Shown piece after piece: positions 52,488-64,000 of a DNA stretch of 64,000 nt (its first letter is position 1; each line of letters begins with the position of its first letter). Source of the DNA: Camelus dromedarius (taxonomy: Eukaryota); contig NC_087436.1 of NCBI RefSeq assembly GCF_036321535.1, forward strand, positions 10,106,001-10,170,000. Reading direction: 5' to 3'. The notes under the pieces are model-generated. The model saw only the letters and a program-made list of their open reading frames with translations. It was not told the origin of the DNA and searched no databases. The position numbers and the translations under genes were made by a program.

Positions 52488-55430
52488 TTTTTAATTGAAT
52501 TATACTCAGTTTACAATGTTGTATCAGTTTCTGGTTCATAGTCTTTTCCATTATAGGTTACTGCAAGATACTGAATATAGTTCCCTGTGATATACAGAAG
52601 AAATTTGGTTTCTTATCTATTTTTATATATAGTAGTTAATATTTGCAAATCTCGAACTCTTGATTTATTCCTTCCCACCCTCCTCCCCTTCGGTAACCAT
52701 AAGTTTGTTTTCTATGTAAGTGTGTTTCTGTTTTGTAAGTAAGATCATTTGTGTGTGTGTATTTTTTTTTTTAATATTACACATATAAGTGATATCATAT
52801 GGTATTTTTCTTTCTCTTTCTGGCTTGCTTCACTCTCCAGGTCCATCCATGTTGCTGCAAAAGGCATTATTTTATTCTTTTTTATGACAGAGTAGTATTC
52901 CATTGTATAAGTATACCACAACTTCTTTATCCAGTCATGTGTCGATGGACATTTAGGTTGCTTCCACATCTTGGGTATTATGTATTGTGCTGCTATGAAC
53001 ATTGGGGTACATGTATCTTTTCAAATTAGAGTTCCCTCTGGATGTATGCCCAGGAGTGGGATTGCTGGATCATATAGGTAAGTCTATTTTTTTTTTTTTT
53101 TTTGAGGAATCTCCATGCTGTTTTCTATAATGGCTGTACCAAACTACATTCCCACCAGTAGTGTAGGAGGGTTCCCTTTTCTCCACACCCTCTCCAACAT
53201 TTATCCTTCGTGGACTTTTTAATGATGGCCATTCTGACTGGTGTGAGGTGATACCTCATTGTAGTTTTGATTTGCATTTCTCTGATAATGAGTGATATTG
53301 AGCATTTTTTCATGTGCCTATTGGCTTTTTATATGTCTTCATTGGAGAATGACTAGTTTAGGTCTTCTGCTCATTTTTGGATTGGGTTGTTTGTTTGTTT
53401 GTTTGTTTTTGTTATTAAGTTGTATGAGCTGTTTAAATATTGTGGAAATTAAGCCATTGTCAGTCTCATCATTTGCAAATATTTTCTCCCATTCCATAGG
53501 TTGTTGTTTTGTTTTGCTTATGGTTTCCTTTGCTGTGCAAAAGCTTGTAAGTTTAATTAGGTCCCATTTGTTTATTTTTGCTTTTATTTCTATTGCTGGG
53601 TAGACTGCCCTAGGGGAACATTGCTAAGATTTATGTCAGAAAATGTTTTCTCTATGTTTTCTTCTAGGAGGTTTATAGTGTTTTGTCTTATATTTAAGTC
53701 TTCAAGCCATTTTGAGTTTATTTTTGTGTATGGTGTGAAGGAGTGTGTTAACTTTTAAATTTACATGTTTCTATCCAGTCATCCCAGCACCACTTGCTGA
53801 AGAGACTGTCTTTTCCATTGTATGTTCTTGCCTCCTTTGTCGAAGGTTAATTGACTGTACGTCTGTCAGTTTACTTCTGGGCTGTCTATTCTGTTTCATT
53901 AATCCATATGTCTGTTTTTATGCCAATACCATGCTGTTTTGATTACTGTAGCTCTGTAGTATTGTCTGAAGCCTGGGAGGGTTATTCCTCCAGCTTTGTT
54001 CTTTTTCTTCAGTATTGCTTTGGCAATTCTGGGTCTTTTGTGGTTGCATATAAATTTTAGGGTTATTTTTTCTAGTTCTGTGAAAAATGTCCTGGGTAAT
54101 TTGATAGGGATTGCCTTAAATCTGTATATTGCTTTTGGTAGTATGACCATAACAATATTAATTCTTCTAATCCAAGAGCATGGGATATCTTTTCATGTCC
54201 TCTTTAATTTCCTGAATCAATGTTTTTGTAGTTCTCCACATGTAAGTCTTTTGTCTTCTTGGTCAGATTTATTCCTAAATATTTATTGTTTTGGATGCAG
54301 TTTTAAAAAGGATTGTTTCTTTGTTTCATTGTCTGATTTTTTTTTTTTTTTTTTTTTGGTATTTCTGTGGTTGGTTGTAATTTCTACATTTTCCTTTCTT
54401 ATTGTATTTGTTTCCTCTGTCTTTTCTTCTTGGGGAGCCTGGCCAGAGGTTTGTCAATTTTGTTTAATTTCTATTTTATTTATTTCCTCCCTGATCTTTA
54501 TTATTTCTTTCCTTCTGCTGACTTTAAGTTTTGTTTGCTCTTCTTTTTCTAATTCTTAGAGGTGGTAAGTCAGGTTGTCTATTTGAGATAGATTGTTCTT
54601 GTTTTTTGAGGAGGGCCTAGGAACTTTCCTCTTAGGACTGCTTTCGCTGCATCCCATAGATTTTATGTGGTTGTGTTTTCATGATCATTTGTCTCAAAGT
54701 GTTTTTTAATTTCTTCTTTGATTTCATTGTTGACCCATTGGGTTTTTAGTAGCATGTAGTTTAGTCTCTGTGGAGTCATTTTTTTCTCGTTTGTTTTACT
54801 GTGGTTGATTTCTGGCTTCATGCTATTGTGGTCAGAAAAGATGCTTGAAATAATTTCTATCCTCTTAAATTTGTTGAGGCTTCTTTTGTTTCTAAGTATG
54901 TGGTATATCTTAGAGAATGTTCCATGAGCACTTGAAAAGAATGTATCTTCTGTTTCTTGGGGATTATAATGTCTTAAAAATATCAACCAAGTCCAGCTGT
55001 TGTATTGTGTCAGTATCTCCATTTCCTTATTGATTTTCTGTCTGGGAGACCTGTCCAATGCTGTTAGTAGGGTGTTAAAGTCTCCTGTGATTGTGTTCCC
55101 ATCAGTTTCTCCCTGTATGTCTGTTAGTATTTGCTTTATGTATTTAGGTGCTCCTATATTGGGTGCATATTTGTTAACAAGTATAGTATCTTCACCTTGT
55201 ATTGTTCCTGTGGTCATTATATAGTGTCCTTTATCCTTCTTTATGGCCTTTGTTTTAAAGTCTTATTTTGTATGAAATCAGTACTGCTACTCCAGCTTTC
55301 TTGTCATTTCTGTTTGCAGGAAGCATCTTTTTCCATCCTCTCACTTTCAGTCTGTGTGTGTCCTTCACCCTAATGTGGGTTTCTTATAGGCAGGATATTG
55401 TAGGCTTTTGTTTCATTATCCAGTCTGCCA
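52454..55430 (-). mobile_element. LINE-1 (3' UTR plus ORF2 pieces, internally deleted) with a (TA)n/poly-T tail
   Basis: ORF2 peptides [55 protein letters not shown], and endonuclease-region YAPNIGAPKYIKQILTD...GDFNT. Confidence 0.92.
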
Positions 55431-55451
55431 GCCACTGGTCTTCTGTGTAAA

Positions 55452-55650
55452 CTAGTGGCTGGCAAATAGCGAAGTGGCAAATGGTAAACATTTTAGACAT
55501 TGCAGGCCAAGTGCGGTTTCTGTTGCATGTGTGTGTGTGTGTGTGTGTGTGTGTTACCACCCTTTAACATATAAAACCCTCATGGACAAACCCCAGTGGG
55601 CTGCAGGCTGGATTAGGCCTGCGTGCCAGAGTTCGCCAACCCCTGGTCTA
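55452..55650. mobile_element. MER58-like hAT element containing a (TG)n microsatellite
   Basis: tagtggctggcaaa...ggattaggcctgcgtgccagagttcgccaacccctg. Confidence 0.7.
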
Positions 55651-58605
55651 AATCAGTGAGCTCAACCCCATGGACACAGACTAATGACACACTTCTAAGC
55701 TGAGAGCTGCTAGCTCTGACATCTGTCGCTACTGTTCCTAATACCTGATAATTTTGTGCCTTGCTGACATAGATCTCTCTTTAGGACTCTGTTCACCTCA
55801 GATAGAAGCTTTTTCTCCTTTTATGTCCCTTGTGCCTCAGGGGCAGGAGATTGGATAGGGGTCCCCACTTCCAGACAACTTCTCCCTTAGTTTTTTGAAG
55901 TTACATCATTATCCCCATTTCCTTATTATCTTACTTCCCAGAAGCTGCCTCTGTCCTTTCATTAAAGACTAGCTCTTGGCTCAGTTTTATCCTTTATTTC
56001 CGTTGTCTTAATGATCCCGGTAGTCTTGTGGATGATAGATCTGACCCTGTGATCTTGAAGTTCACAGTCTGTCCATCCCATCGGGCCTCTCAGTGATCAC
56101 ACCAGGACCTCCTGTGAACTGGGCGTGGAGCATTCCCGTCTCCTGTCCCTCCCACTGCTGACCTTCCACACTCCGACCTCTTTTCTCTCTTTAGGCATCA
56201 CCTGTCCCGTCTTCCAGTGGTTCTTGTTCAGCTTGGATTCTGAGTTCATGGTTGCTTCCTTGCACATGCTCTCCATCCCTCTGGCCTCTTGCGCATCTAA
56301 ACCAGGCGATGCTCAGTTATCCGTCTCCTTCATACCTGCTGTCTGTAAGGAGCTCAACATTCCTGGAGGGTAGCAACAGTCTGGTTTTCTCATTTGTGTT
56401 TGCAAGGCTCAGGTGGATTCTCAGCGCTGCTTAGCAGGTTCACCATTTCCCTAAAAAAATTGTTTTCCTACTTTGAGACAGTTATTTTACAACTGTCTCA
56501 TACTCTGTACTTGCCTCCTCGGCGTTCAGCTGGTGACCTCTTACACATCTTTGAGAAAACAGGAACCACCATTTTTCTTCCTTCCACTTCAGTGCATGCA
56601 GTGCCGTTTCTCCTTTCAGAGGCAGAGACTTGTGTTCCAGGTCCCGTTCCCCGTGACCTTCTCGGGAACCTTGATTCTTCCGGGTTCTTCATGTAATTTC
56701 TCAGGCTAGAACACTGGCTGTGTGTCGTCCTAGACTTCCCGTGCTCCTGCCCCTGCCCTCCCCCTGTCTCATTCAGGTAGGATTTCTGGTTCAGTTCCCA
56801 AAAAGAAAGTGGGGTCAGCTCGTGCCGCGCCATCTGCACTGCTCACTCTCCCCTGAGCCACCGCGTCCTGCTTGTACTGCACGTAGTAGCTCCTTCACCG
56901 ACCTCATGCCACCATTCTTGGTCCTTTCAATCCATCCTTCAGAGTTGCTCATGAATTTTTGAAAACATACAGTAAAATAAGCTGCTTCTGTGTTGAGTAA
57001 TGTTGCAATATTCCATTCCATTTTTTTTTTTTATGGAATGTTTGTTTGTTGGGGTATAATTTAGTTTCTGATCACTTTTTTTTTAAGACTTTTTTTTTCC
57101 TAAGAAGTTTTTATGTTCACATCAATATTGAGAGGAAGGCAGAGAGATCTCTTGTATGCCCCTCAACCCCACTCACGCGTGGCCTTCCCTCCTACCGACA
57201 TCCCCCATCAGAATGGGGCATTTATTCCAGTCGATGAACCTTCATTCACAACCACTGCATTCTGAGTGAAATGTGTTTTCTGTCCCAGGGCCGCAGAGGC
57301 CTGGAGTGAATGGACTCCTGACTGCCCCTCCAGCCTCAGCTGGTTTCCTCTGGCTCTGTTTCACACGTGCTGGCCTGTCCATTCCTGGAGTGGCCAGGCT
57401 GTGTCCGACGGTGGACCTTGTGTGTATCCAGTGAGGCCAGGCTTGGTCGCAGCTGACCTGAACCTTAGAATACGTCTGATTGTCCTAGAACAGGAGGATA
57501 TAGGACGCTGATGAGGAACTGCCACAGGGCCTTCGCATTTACCTCCCTATCATGGGAGGACAAGGGAGGCAGTTTGGCGTTGCCTCCCGGGTTCTGATGG
57601 AATAGGAGACTTCCCCCCCCTCCCCGGAGCCACCGGAGCGCACCTACAGGCTGTGACTTGCTTAGCTGTGTCGTGGGACTGGCCCTGCTCCTTATGCTGT
57701 GTTGTCGTGTCATCTGGCCCCTTTTCTTTTTGCCTGTTTCCTTGGGACAAGATTCAAGGGGAGTGGGCACCTGTGTTCGTCTTTCTTTTGCTGTCTCTGT
57801 AAGTAATGAATGGCCTTACTCTAACAAGGGCTTGTTTCCTCACTGGCTGAAGCGTCCTGGACATTCCTGGTCCAGGACTTTGCAGCCTGCATCGCCTTCT
57901 CCCTGAGGTAGAGTCTCTCCCCCGACTTGCTGTCCTGGTAGCCCTGTCACAGCTCCCAGTCTCAGATGGTTAGCTGGACTCACAATGAGTGATCTGTGAT
58001 CTGAGTGTTTGTTGTCACCTGGGAGGTGCGAGAAGCCTGCAGAGTCGCGTATTCAGTTTGGGCACAGTTAGCAGTTGATAGAAAGGCCTGCAGGCGTCTG
58101 GGCTGGGCCGCCTGCTGACCCTGAATCCAGGCTTGGAAGCTGGGGCTTTGAGCAGGATGTTTTCCCCACTAAGCACTGAAGTTTTTATATTAGAAATAGA
58201 TTCCGAAGGCTTTTTCTTAGTAGTTATTATCTGTGGGTAGAAAAATGCTGCTATGTTTTTTTGTATATCCAAGCCTTATTCATAAGAAATTTTCTTCTCT
58301 AGATTACATTGATTTTTCTTAAAGTTTTTTTTTTTTTAAACAGGGTTTGAAAGTCTGTATAGATTCTTTGCATTGGTTTTCCCTTGTTAATACACCTATT
58401 TATTCCTTTCTAAAATGTCGTGGGTTAATTTATTCCTTTCTAAAATGTTGGCCTTAAAAGAATTATAAATATGTTCAGACCCTGTTTAAAAACTCCGATC
58501 ATTGTAAAACCTTAAGAACTCAAGGCTGTTACAGATAACAAATGCAGAAATCCAGGTAAGTTAGGCAGAAAGCATAGAAACCACAACAAAGCTTTGGGTC
58601 ACTTG

Positions 58606-58611
58606 TTTAAT
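58606..58611 (-). terminator. Likely MARCHF1 polyadenylation signal (ATTAAA), implying a ~3.95 kb 3' UTR
   Basis: Minus strand reads tgtac-ATTAAA followed by a GT-rich element (tttgttgtggtttctatgctttctg). Confidence 0.55.
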
Positions 58612-61554
58612 GTACAGAGTCGTTCACAGGTAATTCTTTTCCTTAATTTTTCTTAGTACACATTATGCACAAAAACAGTAAACTGTTAATGCAAGAGACT
58701 TAGGTAAGACCAAAAGGAGTACAAATGCTCAGTCCCCGAAATTGCACACAGGTAGAATCGTCTTTCCTTGTTTGTTTTAATGCAGTTTCAAATGGGCTTT
58801 CTTCAGATGTGGAGGAAACACTGCAGCCCAAGATAACAGTGCTCCCTGTCAGCTGTCGATATGTAAAATAGCACCTTTGGGCTGACGTCGGGAAAGAAAA
58901 AAGTTTCTCATCTTTCTTAATTAAAGTGTAAGTCGTAAGCAATCACCAGGTAACAACTACAATAATGGTAATTAGAAGTTTTAAGAGCTCTGCTTTGTTC
59001 CAAAATATTCATTGGCTCGGCCGGGAGAGCTGAGCTGTCCAGCAGAGGGACCAGTCTTCCCCCCTCCCCTCCATGACAATCATAATATCTTAGTGATGTC
59101 ATTGCTCTAATGAGCTAATTTTCCAGCCCAAAAATAAATATTTTAGGACCTTCTGCAAAACAAGATAAATGTAACTATGAGGCCATCTCTGTAATCACAT
59201 CTAACAGCAGCTCAGAGGGAGACTGAATCCCGGGGCACTTGGGAAGACTCCTTCATACATAGATACAGAGAGAGAGAAGGAAGACGGGTATGTACATCCT
59301 ATCTTCCTTCAGTTTCTCCACCGCTATATATCCCAGGGCTGGGAATCATTTTTGTCTTGTTTGTGTTTATATTTGAACTTATTTGCCTTTTTGGCTTCAC
59401 TTAAAAAAAAAAAACAGTAACTGGATTTCATTTTCTTTACAATTTCAATTTAATCTTTGATTTTATACAATAAAAATGACAGTTCTTTAAAAAAAATTTA
59501 ACAGCATAATTGTCTGTTTTGTGGTATTGATAATACCACAGATTCATGATTATAAAAAGCCAAGGTTTTAGCAGAGCTGTACGTTTATTCTTCAATTTCA
59601 TTCCTTTGTTTCAATTCCAGTTTATTTCTTAGATGAGCAAGAAAATGTGCTTCAAAATACTGTCATTCTGGAGAGAAGTTTTTTTCGAAAGGCATATCCA
59701 GTCCACAAAAGCTCTTTCAGAGCCAAGCCCGTTCACTGTACTGTTGCCACACAGAATATAAAAGAAAATGATCAACATCAAGTTTTAAACATACATAGTT
59801 ATTTCATATTGTTTGAACCATGAGCAGCCATTGCAGGAAAACCTTTTACAGATTTAAATTCAGGAGTTTAGGATTTAAAAAAGTGAGAGGAAGGGCAGAA
59901 TAATGCTGAGTTTTTAATCTCTTAGGGAGCTGTATTATTTCCTCATTTCCAGAAAGTCAAAGCCCATTCAAGTTAATTTTGAGAATTTAGGTATCATCTT
60001 TTATTAAGACAGTAATGCGTGTTTTTATTTTTCATCCTAGAACTTCTTAGTGTTCAGTGTATCCCTTAATAAATGAGGCCTGATTTTAGCTGGTCATCTC
60101 CTGCTGTGAAATGAGCTATGCTAAGGTTTGTACAGAATTTAAATTGTATTTTTGGTGTAATTCAGATAAATAATCCTTTTCCTTACAGAGCAAACAAAAT
60201 GGAAGTCAATGTTTTTTTGCTGGTGACTAGACTTTGTTCCCTGGGGAATGTTTGTAAACACATGTTGCCATTGCTGAACCTCAAGAAAAATGGGTTAGGA
60301 AAATGCTTGGGAAAATTGTCAGAAAAAAATGAGTCATGGTCAGTCCCTTGGGTGAGGTTCCAAGGTTCCATCACCCAAAGCTTCGTGATCCATCAGTGTA
60401 TTTATCTTTAAACCTTGAGAATGGAAATGAAAGAAGTTCATACAAAGTGTAGTTTGTTTAAGGTTCGTAATACTTTTTATTACACCATTATGTGCAGAAA
60501 TTTTGGTCCAGTTTAGTTACCTCAACCTAGTTTTTCCTGTGCCTTCAGTCCGTGTTTCTACAACAAGTTTTAAGGAAGATGGGTTTTAAACTTTTGTTTC
60601 CTGCCTGACTGAACACCTTGACGTCTTTCTCGTGTATATACAGGAACACACACACACACATGCTCCCCCCACCCCCCCAACACACACACAGTTCACGCTG
60701 TTGACCTTTGCTTTATTTCTAGGAACTGGGACTACTGGGATTCAGTGTCAGCCACTACTAATGCTGTAGCCTCTTTCTCCTCAGTGGAAGGTAATTTCTT
60801 TTTCCTTTTTCCTATGATACCTGTGAAGAACAAGCACCCTCAGTTACAAAGTGCATCAGTGTGATCCCCAGATTTGTGCAGTGCGATACCCAGGCTTTGG
60901 TTCTGTGTCCATCGTGGTCGCCTTTTCACAATAATAAATAGGACAGCTAACAAAAGTAAATCACCTTGTTATACGTAAGACATCTTTCTTTGACAGGTCA
61001 CTGTATTTATAATCATTAATCCAGCTCACTGCAATATTACTCACACTTCAGTTTTACATGGATATGCAAAGAATACAATAATCGACTGAACTGTCAAACC
61101 TAAACAACTCAATTTATTATCACAGAGTCTGTTGAATGTTTTTGTTTCCCAGATGAGCAAAAGGAAATAAATACTGTCGGATTTTTAAAGTGAAGTCTGA
61201 ATGCTTGGTCATGACTACTCATCCATCAATTTCATGCCTTATGTGGATTAAAAAACAGTACGTTTGACTTAAAAATATTTAATTTTTATTCTCCCTATCA
61301 TAAGTGCCTCATAGTAGCAAATAAGTTAATTTCAGAACTTTGCCACAGGCCGATTGCTTTGTACCTTTTGTTTTTTCGCTCTTCAGAGAAACAGTAACTT
61401 CATCTAACTCGTCAACCAGGATATTTGATTTGATTAATTTAATGCTCTGTAAAATCATAACATTTGTGATATTTTGAATATAAGATGAATTAAGCTGCCG
61501 TTTTGAAGTAGTCAACCATTAGACGAAGCAGAGGCTCTATCTCTGATTTTTGGG

Positions 61555-61837
61555 CTGCACCATCCAGTGTGGTTAATTTGAATTGAGATACGCTGTAAGG
61601 ACAAAATACATACTAGATTTTGAAGACTTGGTTCATAAAATAAGACGTAAAATATCTCAATAATTTTTACGTTGATAATTAAAGGATAACTTGGGTATAT
61701 AGTGTTAAATAAAATATAGTATCAAAATTAATTTCACCTATTTTTACTTTTTCTAGTGGGGCTACTAGAAAATATTTAATTTGCACATGTGGCCCTGCAT
61801 TTGTGGGTCACATAATATTTCTGTCTGATAGCACTGG
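61555..61837. mobile_element. MER33/MER3-like hAT element within the MARCHF1 3' UTR
   Basis: aattgagatacgctgtaag...tagattttgaagactt...aaattaatttcacc...gctactagaaaat...tatttctgtctgatagcactg. Confidence 0.75.
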
Positions 61838-62540
61838 TTTAGAGAGACTAGGTGAAGTGCAGGACTTCCGTGGGTATTTAACAGAGCTAACTGAACCCAA
61901 AAATCTCTGAAAAATCTACTGTTGCTGATTTAAACATAATTCCAAGTACTGACATCTTCCAAGTGTGTATTGCATCTATTTTAAAAACATGCGTCTGTCA
62001 CAACAACTGGACTCCACTATAGCCGTAAAACCTGTTAGCTGTCAAAAGTGTGAGTATCAAAATGCACGTCTTCCAAGTTTGCTTCTGATGTGCCTCAGGG
62101 ATAGTGCAGACAGTTTCAAGCTGAAAACCAAATGTGTTTGTTATTCCCAGATGAGATAGTTAACAGTACGGGGCCCTAGAAGAAACCGACGTTGCGGTTC
62201 TAGTCTGTCCTCGTGAACTCTCCCTGCGCTGTGAAGACTCGGGTCTGTTCACTTAGTCTCCTCCTTTCCTAAAAGCGTCCCTTGTGCTAGTGGTTCTTGA
62301 TTAATTGTCTCAGAAGTCATTTGCCAGCAGACCTGCCAAGTTTCCTGTTCACACTTGGTAACTGCTTCGTGGGATCCTGGTCACTTGGTTCCTCTCCTTT
62401 CCTTTTTGAGCAAAGTAAGGACAAATGAGTCAGAGAGAGGAGAGGAGAGAGAGAGGGTGACGAGCTCAGGATCACGGCTGTCAACTGTGGTAGCCGAGGG
62501 CCAGACCGTGCTCTCAGGGACGCAGTCCCGGCCGGCCCCG

Positions 62541-62836
62541 TCACACCGGTATGACTTCCGGGGGGCTGCCCTCCGCAGACGGCAGTGAGTTGGTTCCCGT
62601 TTGTGACACAGGCACGACCCCGGCCTCCTTGGCGTCCGTGTTCACGGTGCACGAGTTCTTGTCCAGTCTCTTGGCCGTGTCTGGGCAGTTCTGCACAAAG
62701 ATGACGCGGTTGTAGGCCTTCAGCCTGCGCCACAGCTGGACGTAGACTTTGCACTGTACGTACATGAAGACCAGCCCTCCTGTGAAGCCAATGGCCACCA
62801 CAACCAGTTTTGTCCAAAATGGCCATTCAAGGACAC
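62541..62836 (-). CDS. MARCHF1: E3 ubiquitin ligase MARCHF1, last coding exon (second TM helix and C-terminal tail)
   Basis: [54 protein letters not shown]...PPEVIPV*, acceptor cttgtctttcaaag|. Tail sequence and synteny favour MARCHF1 over MARCHF8. Upstream exons lie beyond the window. Confidence 0.93.
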
Positions 62837-63882
62837 CTTTGAAAGACAAGGGAGAACGTTATCACCAAGTTGTCATCAATGGTTTGGTGGTTTTTTTCCC
62901 CCTATATTTCCATCAAAGTACCACACCTGCCTGCTGAATTTCACAGATAAGGAATAAATAATTCTTAACTAGTAAAAATTAGAACCTGAACTGCTGAATT
63001 GCTTGCAGATATTCTAGAGGTATTGTCAACACTGTACAGGAAGAAGTTCTCTCGCCTGCTGCTCCAGCCACATCTCTCATGCCTCTTAGCACCGAGGACC
63101 TACTGTGCTCATCAGATACCACGTGAGACTGACCGGCTTCGACATTGATTCCTGACAGCTAAATCTCTTAAGGAAGAATAGTGAACATACCGAGTGAAAG
63201 AATCAGATGTTAAGATCCTTTTAAGAAGGTAAAGTGAATAGGTGCATGTGTGGGACCCACAGGCCCCCCACCACGCCGTCATTACCTTTAAAATTAAAAG
63301 AAGAAAAAAAGCTGCCACATCTCACCAGAGAGAAAGAATTCCTGAGTTCAGACGAGCACGCGATTTAGGATGCCATCTGTTTTATAAATCTATTTTGTTA
63401 CTGAGAACCATCTCTTAGACATTCTCCATCTTAATTTCCATCACCATGACTAGAAATGGACTTTCTTTTACAAACAGTTTTTAAAACTATTTATTTCACG
63501 AGAGATTATGTAAGTACAACAGTAGTGAGGCCGCGCGTAATCACACAGTTAAGTACGTGACGCTGACGAGTCCACCTCCTGCCAGCGTCGGGGTGGCGTG
63601 GAGGACATGGCTGCCTTTGTTCACGTGACAGGCCGTCACGTAAAAGAGGAGGGTGGGTTGGAGTTTAGGGGAATCAGTGATTCTACTGTGGGTTTTATTT
63701 ACTTTTTCTTAAAATAGTGAATAGAGTAGAAAGAAAGAAAAACATCCTACCCACATTTTGTAATAGTGACATTTACTTTATGCTCCTGGAAGCAAAACAC
63801 TCCGCCCTGTTTGCCTTGTGTTAGAGGGCTTCCCTGGCTCCCTCGTCCTGTCTTGCAAGAACAGGCCTGACCCACTGAGGAC

Positions 63883-64000
63883 CAGCGGTTCTCAGCTGGG
63901 GGCGGCTGTGTTCCTGGGGCCACATTGGGCAGTTCCTGACTGGGTGGGGTGCTGCTGACTCAGGAGATCGAGGCCTGTGATGCGGCTTGCGGACACCCTT
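63883..64000. mobile_element. MER20-like hAT fragment
   Basis: cagcggttctcagctgggggcg...ggggccacattgggcagtt...ggggtgctgctg...gaggcc. Confidence 0.55.

Noticed and set aside
54663..55217. 184-aa endonuclease-like ORF as a host gene
   Set aside because: It is a fragment of L1 ORF2 within a broken element.
63530..63645. Cluster of ACGT/E-box/CRE-like motifs in the last MARCHF1 intron
   Set aside because: Only one full CACGTG, no regular spacing, and no other support from the sequence alone.

Overview
Mammalian (not prokaryotic) genomic DNA, most likely camelid, judged from three tRNA-derived vic-1-like SINEs. It carries the syntenic block TKTL2 - TMA16 - MARCHF1. TKTL2 is an intronless transketolase-like gene on the minus strand (624 aa from the real ATG at 8260). 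TMA16 is a complete 7-exon gene on the plus strand (612 nt CDS, 203 aa, all introns GT-AG and in phase). MARCHF1 contributes its last coding exon and a ~4 kb 3' UTR on the minus strand. Most of the rest is interspersed repeats: L1, L2, MaLR/MLT, solo ERV LTRs with TSDs, hAT MERs and microsatellites. Highlights: (1) a highly diverged, apparently internally deleted cTAGE5/MIA2-type processed pseudogene antisense in TMA16 intron 1; (2) a TKTL2 with intact ThDP/catalytic residues in which three of four substrate-phosphate-binding residues are changed or deleted; (3) a four-unit E-box/GC-box array forming the TKTL2 promoter; (4) a strong CTCF motif between TKTL2 and TMA16. All homology and repeat-family calls come from recalled sequences, not database searches, and repeat boundaries are approximate. 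I see no direct evidence for a wholly new biological system.
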